Positions 34,758 through 43,536 of a stretch of DNA of 46,101 nt are shown one piece after another. How positions within the stretch are numbered: position 1 is the stretch's first letter; each line of letters starts with the position of its first letter. Location: NCBI GenBank assembly GCA_023150835.1, contig JAKLKB010000039.1, forward strand, positions 1 to 46,101, written 5' to 3'. Source of the DNA: Myxococcota bacterium (GTDB lineage Bacteria; Myxococcota_C; UBA6777). The notes under the pieces are model-generated. The model searched no databases, had not been told where the DNA came from, and worked only from the letters and a program-made list of their open reading frames with translations. The translations under genes and the position numbers were made by a program.

Positions 34758-35897
34758 ATGCTTGAATCACTTGGACTTTTCGGGCTACCCTTCGCATGGT
34801 CACGCGAGATCGCCAAATGGACCCGCACACAGATCCACCGCCACGAAGTCTTTTTGGACAACACCCTGCTCAAAGAACCCGCCAAACCCGCGTGGAGCAG
34901 CCCCAACAAGATCGTGTGGGAACTGCCTAGCCTGCGCCTGCGCGACTTTAGCGAAGATCCCGAAAGCTCGGACATCCCGACTCTTTTGATCAACCCGCAA
35001 GTCAACAGCTCCTACATCTGTGACTACGCCCCGGGACAAAGTCTGATGATGACCCTGCGCGAACAGGGCCTCAAACGCCTGTACGCCGTGGACTGGAAGA
35101 GCGCAACGCTCGAACGTGCCGATGAAACCTTGGATGATGCACTTTGGGCTTTGCACAGCGTGATCGATCATCTCGGTGGCCGCGTGCGTTTGATCGGCTT
35201 GTGCCAAGGCGGATGGATGTCTTTGATGCTCTCTGCCTTATTCCCCCACAAGATCGACAGCGTCGTGTTGGCGGCTGCCCCCATCGACTTTCACGCAGAA
35301 CCCGGCGTGATCAACGTCCTCGCACGTTATGTCTATCCCATGGCTTTCTACGAAGCCCTCGTTGCGATGGGCGGCGGCATCATGCGCGGAGAGATGATCA
35401 GCACAGGTTTCAACAATATGCGACCTTTTGAACGCTACGTCCTCAAATACATCGACCTCTACGCCCACATCGACGATCAAGACTACGTCGCACGCTACCG
35501 CGAACTCGACAACTGGTACGCGTTGGCCCAACATATCCCGGGGGCGACTTACCTGCGGATCGTCAAAGAACTCTTCAAAGAAAATCGCATGGTTTGCGGC
35601 ACGATGATCTGTTGTGATCGCCCGCTCGACTTGAAACATGTCACTTGCCCCGTCCTCATGATCGCCGGTCTGCGCGACCATATCACCTTGCCGGGTCAAC
35701 TCTTTGCAGCCGAACAATACGTCGGCACACAAGAAACTTATCGCTTTACCACAGACGCCGGACATGTGGGCGTCTTTATGAGCAAACGCGCCCTGCGCGA
35801 TGTCTGGCCCAAGGTCGTTGCGGTCCTTCAACAAACCTCTCACGCAACCCAGCCTCCGGCACAGATGATCACCGAACCACCGCGCTTTCAAGCCTAA
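34758..35897 (+). CDS. PhaC/PhaZ-like Cys-nucleophile alpha/beta hydrolase (second synthase or intracellular depolymerase)
   Basis: WSSPN..LRLRDFS, DYAPGQSL, VDWKSAT, GLCQGG, AAPIDFH, RDHIT, AGHVG. Confidence 0.72.
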   Translation: MLESLGLFGLPFAWSREIAKWTRTQIHRHEVFLDNTLLKEPAKPAWSSPNKIVWELPSLRLRDFSEDPESSDIPTLLINPQVNSSYICDYAPGQSLMMTLREQGLKRLYAVDWKSATLERADETLDDALWALHSVIDHLGGRVRLIGLCQGGWMSLMLSALFPHKIDSVVLAAAPIDFHAEPGVINVLARYVYPMAFYEALVAMGGGIMRGEMISTGFNNMRPFERYVLKYIDLYAHIDDQDYVARYRELDNWYALAQHIPGATYLRIVKELFKENRMVCGTMICCDRPLDLKHVTCPVLMIAGLRDHITLPGQLFAAEQYVGTQETYRFTTDAGHVGVFMSKRALRDVWPKVVAVLQQTSHATQPPAQMITEPPRFQA

Positions 35898-35918
35898 ACC
35901 CTAACCGAGAGATCGGCG

Positions 35919-37184
35919 ATGCAATCCAACACCTCCTTCGTCCCTTTTGCTTGGCGTCCCTTTGGGATCATGTCTTGCTTTTGTCTGTTTTCGCTTGGCT
36001 TCTTTTTCTTACAAGGATGTCCCAACGAGACGACAAAAACTTGCTCCCAAGACACCGATTGCCCCTCCGGGCAGATCTGTAAACAAAGCCGTTGCGAAGC
36101 CACCAGCGCAGGATGCAGCACAGACAAGGATTGCCCCGCTGAAAAACAATGCGTCCAGCAGATCTGCAAAGACAAACAACCTGCTTGCCAAAACAACAGC
36201 ACCTGCAAACAAGGCGAAGTCTGCCTCCAAGGTCGCTGTCAACCCCAGCTTTGCACCGATGATCGCAGCTGCCCTGCTGGACAACGCTGTCAAGGCGGAA
36301 GCTGCGTCTCTTCCGAGTCTTCAGAGGAGATCACCCCCAACGAAAAACTTCCCAACGACGGCGGAAGTGAACCCATCCCCGAATCCACTTCCGACACACC
36401 GCCCACCGAAACCACCTCCGAGAACACGCCCGATACGACGCCCGTTTGCGTCCCCAACCGCAACGGCATCATCGAACGCAACGAGCTCACCTTCCGTATC
36501 GGCGCAGCCATCAGCTACACCGCTGCGGGAACCGAAAGCGCCCCTGTGGATGTCGACTTGAAAGGCACCCAAGGCACCGACGGCATCGTGACGTGGGACT
36601 TTAGCAAAAAATTTCCCGACGATAGCCGTGAAATAGATGAAGTCTTGCCCTACAAAGGCCAATGGTTTGAAGGCGATATCCTTGATCCGATCCCCGAATA
36701 TACCTCTATCCTGACACGAAATTATCCTCTTGTCGGTGTCATCCTTGCGGCGTATCGGCCCACTCCTGACGCTCTCCAGATGCTCGGTTGGTACTCCCAA
36801 GAAAAAGATCGCGCCAAGGTCAAATACAACCAACCCGTCGAGATCCTGCAATTCCCGCTCAAACTCGGCGACTCTTGGCTCAACAAACCCACCGCCAAAG
36901 GCTCCTTTCCCAAAAACTTGACCCTCTATAGCGCCAGCGAAGACTACGAATTCAACGTCGACGCCAAAGGCAAAGCCAAACTCCCCGCAGGAACCTACGA
37001 TGTCTTGCGCCTTCGGATGAAGTTTAGCCAAACACAAACCCTACCTGCTTTTGCGAGCCTTTCACGCATCACTTACTTCTTTATCGCAGAGTGTTTTGGC
37101 ATCGTTGCCCGCGTTGATAGCAAGCTCTACGAAAGCGACGAAAACTTTACCAAAGCCAGCCGCCTCAAACGATTGAGCGACTAG
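35919..37184 (+). CDS. Lipoprotein with Cys-rich CxxDxDC repeats, a Pro/Thr/Glu linker and a beta-rich C-terminal domain
   Basis: FFLQG-C lipobox; four Cys modules; C-domain begins CVPNRNGIIERNEL and is paralogous to 40192-41079. Confidence 0.72.
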   Translation: MQSNTSFVPFAWRPFGIMSCFCLFSLGFFFLQGCPNETTKTCSQDTDCPSGQICKQSRCEATSAGCSTDKDCPAEKQCVQQICKDKQPACQNNSTCKQGEVCLQGRCQPQLCTDDRSCPAGQRCQGGSCVSSESSEEITPNEKLPNDGGSEPIPESTSDTPPTETTSENTPDTTPVCVPNRNGIIERNELTFRIGAAISYTAAGTESAPVDVDLKGTQGTDGIVTWDFSKKFPDDSREIDEVLPYKGQWFEGDILDPIPEYTSILTRNYPLVGVILAAYRPTPDALQMLGWYSQEKDRAKVKYNQPVEILQFPLKLGDSWLNKPTAKGSFPKNLTLYSASEDYEFNVDAKGKAKLPAGTYDVLRLRMKFSQTQTLPAFASLSRITYFFIAECFGIVARVDSKLYESDENFTKASRLKRLSD

Positions 37185-37217
37185 CTTTCGATCACACCCT
37201 GAGCCGATCTTGGATGC

Positions 37218-37329
37218 CACGAGATCCACCCGTTGTGTGATCGCAAAACGTCGGGGTAGCAAGATGTGGCTGCCCAACAACAGGGCGTCTACGCACGACC
37301 CGACGATCACACATCTCTCGGATCTTGTA
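37218..37329. mobile_element. MITE-like family A copy (112 bp)
   Basis: cacgagatcc...tgtgtgatcg...gtggctgcccaacaa...cggatcttgta|TTA. Confidence 0.75.
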
Positions 37330-37359
37330 TTACAGGTGTTTTCCGCTGTTGGAGCCGTG

Positions 37360-38334
37360 ATGCCCGTCTTTTTTCGGTATCCTAAGTGTCTCTTGATGCC
37401 GCTCTTTTTCGTTTTACTATGGTGCGGATGTATGCCTTTTCAGACGCAGCCAGTGCGCTCTGGCCTTTCGTCCAAAGACTTTGTACGGATAGGAGATCCG
37501 CAGCGCAAGATCCGAATCTACGAGCGAGGAAAGCCCACCAGCCCAGCGATCGTGTTTGTTCATGGCTACGGATCAGCGGGCCTGATCTGGTTGCCGTTGA
37601 TGAAGACGCTTGAGCAAGCAGGTTATTATTGCCTTGCGATGGATCTTCCCGGCTTCGGCCTTTCTGACAAGTACGCAGGAAACTACGACACAAACTACAT
37701 CGCCGATCAAGTCGCTGAGATCATGCAGAAAAAAGGCATCGATCGCGCCGATATCGTCGCCCATTCTTGGGGAAGTTCGGTCACGCTTGCGTTGGCCTTG
37801 CGTCATCCCAAAAAAGTCCGTCGCATCGTGATCAACGCAGGTTGGGTGTACAGCGCTCAGATCGTTCCTGTCTTGCGTTGGTCAAAGATCCCCGGGATCG
37901 GCGAGATGATCTACTGGCTGTATTACCGCGAGCGACCGGGGGAAAAGTACGCTTCTTCTTTCTATGACCCTGATCGGATGGTCGATATGGCCGTGATCGA
38001 CAAGATCAAAGAAGCCCTCGATCGTCCCGGGGCTTTGGCGGCGGCTCTCGCCGTTGCGCGAGGGATGAAATTTGCCGACAGCGAACGCCGCTACAAGACG
38101 CTGCGCCATCAAACGCTGTTGCTGTGGGGCAAACAAGACCGTGTCGCCTTACCTTTCTACGGACAACGCCTTGAGGCCGACCTCCCGAACGCGCAACTGA
38201 TCTTGCTCGATCGGTGCGGCCACATCCCGATGCTCGAACGCCCTTATCTCGTGCATCGCTATATCCGCAGTTTTCTTGGTCCTGCCGTGGTCTTGGCACA
38301 GCCCGAAGATCCTTCCCCCCCCCAAAAACCCTAG
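37360..38334 (+). CDS. Exported (lipoprotein) alpha/beta-fold hydrolase / esterase
   Basis: Lipobox-like LLWCG-C; FVHGYG, DLPGFGLS, nucleophile elbow AHSWG, WGKQD, CGHIP. Confidence 0.88.
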   Translation: MPVFFRYPKCLLMPLFFVLLWCGCMPFQTQPVRSGLSSKDFVRIGDPQRKIRIYERGKPTSPAIVFVHGYGSAGLIWLPLMKTLEQAGYYCLAMDLPGFGLSDKYAGNYDTNYIADQVAEIMQKKGIDRADIVAHSWGSSVTLALALRHPKKVRRIVINAGWVYSAQIVPVLRWSKIPGIGEMIYWLYYRERPGEKYASSFYDPDRMVDMAVIDKIKEALDRPGALAAALAVARGMKFADSERRYKTLRHQTLLLWGKQDRVALPFYGQRLEADLPNAQLILLDRCGHIPMLERPYLVHRYIRSFLGPAVVLAQPEDPSPPQKP

Positions 38335-38372
38335 AATTGGGCCTGTAAGCATGCTTATTCTTTTAGGAGCCA

Positions 38373-38525
38373 CGCCGTTGACAAAAAATCCCCACGTTCG
38401 CGGCACTTCAAGCGGCAGGGCTGTTGGTTTGAAAAACACCTGTGTACTCCGCCAATACGGGGTCCATCGAGCCGCGCTCTATGGCGGGGCGTGGGGCAAT
38501 GCCCCACAACGCAAACCCCATCTCG
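38373..38525 (+). mobile_element. Repeat family B copy
   Basis: cgccgttgacaaaaa...gttggtttgaaaaa...tacggggtcc...gtggggcaatgccccac. Confidence 0.7.
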
Positions 38526-38539
38526 CCGCTCCTCTGCTT

Positions 38540-40180
38540 TTGCGATCGTTTCTCGTACTTGCGCTTTGGCTTGGGCTGCACGGCCTCACCCATGCCGCAG
38601 GTTCGGATGGTGGGGCGATCTCCGACCCACGCGGCCAAGGCGACCCACCCCATCGCTACGATCCAGCCCTGTCTGCGATGCCGATCCATTTCTCGATCCA
38701 CGGCTATTATCGGATGCGTTGGACCCTGCTTAGCGGCCTCGATCTAGGTCGTGGCCCCACACCTTCGAGCGGCACAACGATCTTTCCCAAACCCACCGAT
38801 GGCAGCCTGATCAACACCGCCGATATGCGCTTTCGCACCGATCTTTCTCTTGAGATCGGAAGTACCGTCCGCGTCTTTGCCCGTGTAGACGGCCTCGACA
38901 ACGTCGTGCTTGGTTCTACGCCTGAAGGTCTCCCCCGCAACAACCGTGTCCCACAGATCGTCGCAACCACAGGCCAACGCGCCCCTTCTGCCGGCCAAAA
39001 CAACGCCCTCGACAGCATCAACTTGCGCTGGGCCTACGGTGAAGTCCTGTTGCCGTTTGGTTATCTTGCCGTCGGTCGGATGGGTGCGCTCACCCCTTGG
39101 GGGTTGGGCCTGCTCGTCAACCCCGGAAATGCGATCGATGACGATCAAGGCGATGTCGCCGACCGCATCGCGATGGGCTTTGCGCTTTTCGGACACCTCT
39201 TGCTTGTTGCGTACGAGTGGAGCGCAAGCGGACCCACCCTGACCATCCCAAGCAATGCTTCGGTCGATCAAGATCCACGCGATAACGTCCAATCCATCGG
39301 CATCGCGATCGCAAACTACGATCCACCCGATGCCCTCCGCCGCAAACTCAACGCAGGGCAAACCGTGATCAACTACGGCGTAATCTTTTCCTACCGCTGG
39401 CAAGATCGCGATATCCCCGCACTCTACGCCCCAGACGGCTGGTCCGAAGACCAACGCATCCAACGTGGCGACCAAGTCTTGCGAAAAGCATGGAGTGTCG
39501 TGGTCGACGCTTGGTTTTTGCTGCGCACACCTTGGTTTCGCCTTGAGATGGAGGGCCTTTACGCCCAAGCCGAGATCGGCAATGGCTCCCTTGTACCGGG
39601 TGTTGCGCTGACTCTGCCCATCACCTCGCAACAACTCGGCGGCGTAGTCCAGTTCGCCTTCTCTCCGCCCCAAAGCATCTGGGGGATCGGTGCAGAGATC
39701 GGCTATGCTTCGGGCGACAACGCTCCCGGCTTTGGCGTGACAGCCCCCCTCAACCAGATCCGCACCCAACGCGGCGATCTCGACGGCCCGCAGATCAATT
39801 ATCCCAACGATACCACCTCCAACAACCTACGCTTTCACCCCAACTACCGCATCGATCTGATCTTTTGGCGGCGCATCCTTGGCCAAGTGACGGACGCCTT
39901 CTACACCAAGCTTGGCGGTCATCTCGATATCACACCGCGCTTGCGCTTTTGGGCCTCTGTCCTTTACTCCCGCGCCATCGAAGCCAACAGCACACCCGGC
40001 GGCGTTCATGATCTTGGAGTCGAGATCAACACCGGCCTACGCTACGATTACGATCACGGCTTCCAGATCCGCACCACCTTTGGCGCTTTCTTCCCACTCG
40101 CTGGGCTGCGCAACAACGAACTCAACCTCGCTCCTCAGCCTGCCCTCGCCCTCCATACAGTCCTTGCCTACGTCTTTTAG
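38540..40180 (+). CDS. TIGR04551-like myxobacterial outer-membrane beta-barrel protein
   Basis: Signal peptide; HGYYRMR, LDNVVLGSTPEG, WGLG..NPG..DDD, EIGYASGD, RFHPNYRIDLIFWR; C-terminal YVF; start uncertain (ORF open from 38276). Confidence 0.75.
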   Translation: MRSFLVLALWLGLHGLTHAAGSDGGAISDPRGQGDPPHRYDPALSAMPIHFSIHGYYRMRWTLLSGLDLGRGPTPSSGTTIFPKPTDGSLINTADMRFRTDLSLEIGSTVRVFARVDGLDNVVLGSTPEGLPRNNRVPQIVATTGQRAPSAGQNNALDSINLRWAYGEVLLPFGYLAVGRMGALTPWGLGLLVNPGNAIDDDQGDVADRIAMGFALFGHLLLVAYEWSASGPTLTIPSNASVDQDPRDNVQSIGIAIANYDPPDALRRKLNAGQTVINYGVIFSYRWQDRDIPALYAPDGWSEDQRIQRGDQVLRKAWSVVVDAWFLLRTPWFRLEMEGLYAQAEIGNGSLVPGVALTLPITSQQLGGVVQFAFSPPQSIWGIGAEIGYASGDNAPGFGVTAPLNQIRTQRGDLDGPQINYPNDTTSNNLRFHPNYRIDLIFWRRILGQVTDAFYTKLGGHLDITPRLRFWASVLYSRAIEANSTPGGVHDLGVEINTGLRYDYDHGFQIRTTFGAFFPLAGLRNNELNLAPQPALALHTVLAYVF

Positions 40181-40191
40181 GATACATCCGC

Positions 40192-41079
40192 ATGAAACCA
40201 ACACTCTCGCTGTTTGTTTTTCTTCTGCTTGCCTGCTTGATCCTCCCGATATTCGGGTGTCCTGATCCGACTCCCCAAAAAGAGCAGACGACGCAACAAG
40301 ACGGCGCTCCCACCGAAGAGATCACCACCCTCCCCGATGATCCACCCGAACGATGTGTCGGAAACAACGACGGGATCATCGAACTCAAAGAAGTGGCCTT
40401 TGTGGTCGGCGCAAGCGTCAACGTCTTGCGCAACAAAGCCGGAACCACCGTCCAAGTCAATCAACAAGGCAACCGAGACAACGAAGGCAACCTTGTTTGG
40501 GACTTCCGCAAACTGCCGCTCGATCAAAAAGATGCCGTCCGCACCGTCGATCCCACAGGAAAGTGGTTTTTGTCCGACTTTCCCGATGCCACGCTCTTGA
40601 TCCCCATCGTCTACCAAGGCTTTTCAGGCATCTCTTATCAAGTCTTACGAAAGACTCCGACGGATCTTCTGCTCGATGGCATCGTCTCCGATCTCGAACA
40701 ACCCGAGCAAGAAAAGATCTCGCTCAAATACGAAACGCCCGTCCCCCTCCTGCGTTTCCCTTTGCGCGATGGCAAGGAGTGGATCGTCGTCTCCAAAGCC
40801 AAAGGCAGCGTCGCAGGACAACCTCTCACCTCCACAGACACCTACCAGATCCGCGTCGCAGGCCGAGGAATCCTCAAGATCCCTGACATCGAGTTCCAAA
40901 ATGCCCTCCGCATCGAGATATCTGTTCAACAGCGTTTGCTCGGTGGCAACAGCCGTACAATTTACCAGATCCTCTATATGGCCGAATGCTACGGCGAGAT
41001 CGCACGCATCGAATCCGTCGAAAATGAAAAAGATCCCGCCTTTACCCAAGCCTCTCTTGCTCGCTTCCTCACCTTCTAA
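40192..41079 (+). CDS. Lipoprotein, paralogue of the C-terminal domain of 35919-37184
   Basis: PIFG-C lipobox; CVGNNDGIIELKE, WDF, LRFPL..G..W, AECYG.IAR..S...FTQAS shared with 35919. Confidence 0.72.
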   Translation: MKPTLSLFVFLLLACLILPIFGCPDPTPQKEQTTQQDGAPTEEITTLPDDPPERCVGNNDGIIELKEVAFVVGASVNVLRNKAGTTVQVNQQGNRDNEGNLVWDFRKLPLDQKDAVRTVDPTGKWFLSDFPDATLLIPIVYQGFSGISYQVLRKTPTDLLLDGIVSDLEQPEQEKISLKYETPVPLLRFPLRDGKEWIVVSKAKGSVAGQPLTSTDTYQIRVAGRGILKIPDIEFQNALRIEISVQQRLLGGNSRTIYQILYMAECYGEIARIESVENEKDPAFTQASLARFLTF

Positions 41080-41254
41080 CTCCCTCGCAACTGGCTTGTC
41101 AGAGACGGATTTAACCTAACGCCTATGGGGGCAGCCCCTACGTTTTGCGATCCACCCCCTGCGGATCTCGTATCACCACTCTGCCGCCGAGACAGGCGCG
41201 GATGCTGTTTTTTTTGCCCGCTGCATCCTCCTGATCGATGCGAATTTCTCTCGC

Positions 41255-41283
41255 TTGCGCTTTTGCCAAAGATATCCTACGCT
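41255..41283 (+). promoter_or_regulatory. Sigma-70-like promoter, duplicated at 42932-42960
   Basis: TTGCGC-N17-TACGCT conserved in both copies of the tandem duplication. Confidence 0.5.
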
Positions 41284-41343
41284 GTGGGGACTTTGCCGTT
41301 GTTTTTGGCTGCCCTCGTTTCCCTGCACCGCGTAAGAGAATGT

Positions 41344-41535
41344 ATGCGAACTACCCTTTGGATCTTGCTTGGCTGCTTTGCGCTCTCGCCAACAGCCCAC
41401 GCACAACCCATCTCGGACTGCGCTCAACGATGCGCAAAAGACTGTTTCCAAAAAGCCGATTCGACCGACCCCTGCGCGACCTTGCGCTGCTCGGTATTCT
41501 GCAAAAAAACTTCCCGACGACAAACACTTCGATGA
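41344..41535 (+). pseudogene. Truncated copy of the CX3C-rich secreted protein
   Basis: 63 codons homologous to 43028 onward, then a deletion equivalent to 43219-43520 creates TGA. Confidence 0.8.
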
Positions 41536-41550
41536 ACCAAGAGGACGGCC

Positions 41551-42897
41551 ATGCGAAACCATCACGCTCCACCCCTGCACGTGATCCTCATCAGTCTGCT
41601 ATTTGCTTTTTCCATCTTCGGCTATCTCGAAGCCTGCGGCCCCCAAGCCACCTCTTGTAAAGCAGACAGCGATTGCAGCGCCCAAGAATATTGCGCACCA
41701 ACCAGCGGACAAAGCATCTGCACCAAACGCTCCGAGTCTATCCAAGACGGCAGTCCTGACGCAGATCCTCAGCCCGATACCCCCACCCAGACAGGCTGCG
41801 ATATCCCTGCTTATGATCCCACCAAAGATCCCGGCAACGGTGGAACAACCCTCCAACTCGACCAGATCGATCAGTTTTTTTTCCGAAAACTACGCGAGAT
41901 CTTCTACCTCAGCCAACAATGTAGCGAAAAGATCTGGGGTGGCTCCTACCAACTCCACAAAGTCCCCACTTACATCGCCAACATCGGCTCGAACGAACCC
42001 GGATCTGGAAAAGGCGTGCGCGGCTTTTTGATCAACCACCCCAATCCCCCCCAAGGCAGCACCCTTATTGACACCAAGTCGGTTTTCGGTATCCCCAACG
42101 TCTACGCTTACGACGGCGCGATCAAAGATATCACCCCACCCGGCTTTATGTTCGATCTCCCCATCAACAACACCCCCGTGTACGCCTTTTCTTACGGCAC
42201 AAGCCACGCCACCATCAACCCAACCACAGGAAACCAAGCATTTGCCCTTTACGTCCACGAAGGCTTCCACCGCATCCAAGACTTTGAAGAGGCATGGAAA
42301 TACCCTCAAGGCATCCAAGATCCCACAGGATACCCCTACGACACCGAACAACTCACCCTTGCTTTGCTCGAAGACGCGATCCTCACGGACGGACACAACG
42401 AAAAGATCACCGCCGAACAAGCCCTTCAGTGGTTTTATGCAGCCCGAAAAGAACGCATTAAGCTCGATAACAGCCCCAACAAGCTGATCCAATCCCTCGA
42501 AAACTTTCAAGAATGGCTTGAAGGCACTGCCATGTACAGCGAAATACTCTATCTCAACCTGCTCAAGATCCCCTACCCGCTGAGCGATCCCAATTCCATC
42601 CCCGGTCGCCTTACACTCTTACGCCTCATGCAATCCGATTCCAACGCATCCAAAAAAGACGTCATCGAAACACTGCGCGGAAGATACTACGCAAGCGGCG
42701 CCGCCCAAGGCGTTCTCCTCGAACGCCTCGGCAACAAGACTTGGAAAGACCAGATCCGCAAAAGCCAAACCTTTTATGATATCCTTAATGAACTTTATTC
42801 TGGACTACAAACAGAGAGCATTCTTCATCAAACAAAGACAAAATACGATTACGATGCTCTCAAAAAGATCGGACAAAATCTCGCGGATCGCCGATAA
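41551..42897 (+). CDS. Lipoprotein zinc metallopeptidase (gluzincin-like), copy 1
   Basis: Lipobox-like YLEA-C; Cys module; YVHEGFH (HEXXH); downstream EGTAMYSE third-ligand helix; GAGG RBS. Confidence 0.75.
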   Translation: MRNHHAPPLHVILISLLFAFSIFGYLEACGPQATSCKADSDCSAQEYCAPTSGQSICTKRSESIQDGSPDADPQPDTPTQTGCDIPAYDPTKDPGNGGTTLQLDQIDQFFFRKLREIFYLSQQCSEKIWGGSYQLHKVPTYIANIGSNEPGSGKGVRGFLINHPNPPQGSTLIDTKSVFGIPNVYAYDGAIKDITPPGFMFDLPINNTPVYAFSYGTSHATINPTTGNQAFALYVHEGFHRIQDFEEAWKYPQGIQDPTGYPYDTEQLTLALLEDAILTDGHNEKITAEQALQWFYAARKERIKLDNSPNKLIQSLENFQEWLEGTAMYSEILYLNLLKIPYPLSDPNSIPGRLTLLRLMQSDSNASKKDVIETLRGRYYASGAAQGVLLERLGNKTWKDQIRKSQTFYDILNELYSGLQTESILHQTKTKYDYDALKKIGQNLADRR

Positions 42898-43027
42898 CTC
42901 CCCTCGACTGTTTGGCCCGAATTTCTCTCGCTTGCGCTCTTGCCAAAGATATCCTACGCTGTTCGAGCTTTGCCTCTCTTTCTTTGCCTGCTGCCCTCGT
43001 TTCTGACCCAACTACACAGGAGGACGT

Positions 43028-43522
43028 ATGCGAATTGCCCTTTGGATCTTGCTTGGCTGCCTTGCGCTTTTGCCAACAGCCCACGCACAGCCCGCCTCGG
43101 ACTGCCCAACACGATGCACAAAAGACTGTATCGAAAAAGCCGATGCTACCGACCCCTACGCGACCTTGCGTTGCTCGGTACTCTGCAAAAAAACTTGCCG
43201 GCGACAAACACTTCGATGCCACCGCCAATGTGAGATGCAACACATCCGCGATCTGCGCTCTTGCAACACACAACCCCCCGCGCAACAGGCCGCTTGCCGC
43301 TTGCTCGCTACACAACAACAACAACGCTGCAAACAAACCTGCCCACCACTTCCGCCCAAACCTGCTGTCTCCCCCCTCTGCATCGCTCTTTGCAAAGAAA
43401 CACAACAACGCTCCACCCAAACCTGCATCACGATCAACGATCCCACGCAGCGAAAAGCCTGCCGTATCCGCAGCAAACAAGCCTTTCAACATTGCTTACG
43501 CCATTGTCATACCACCCATTAA
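43028..43522 (+). CDS. Secreted small Cys-rich protein with repeated CX3C helical-hairpin motifs
   Basis: Signal peptide ending AHA; CPTRCTKDC, CSVLCKKTC, CHRQC, CKQTC, CIALC, CLRHC; AGGAGG RBS. Confidence 0.75.
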   Translation: MRIALWILLGCLALLPTAHAQPASDCPTRCTKDCIEKADATDPYATLRCSVLCKKTCRRQTLRCHRQCEMQHIRDLRSCNTQPPAQQAACRLLATQQQQRCKQTCPPLPPKPAVSPLCIALCKETQQRSTQTCITINDPTQRKACRIRSKQAFQHCLRHCHTTH

Positions 43523-43536
43523 CCAAGAGGACGGCC

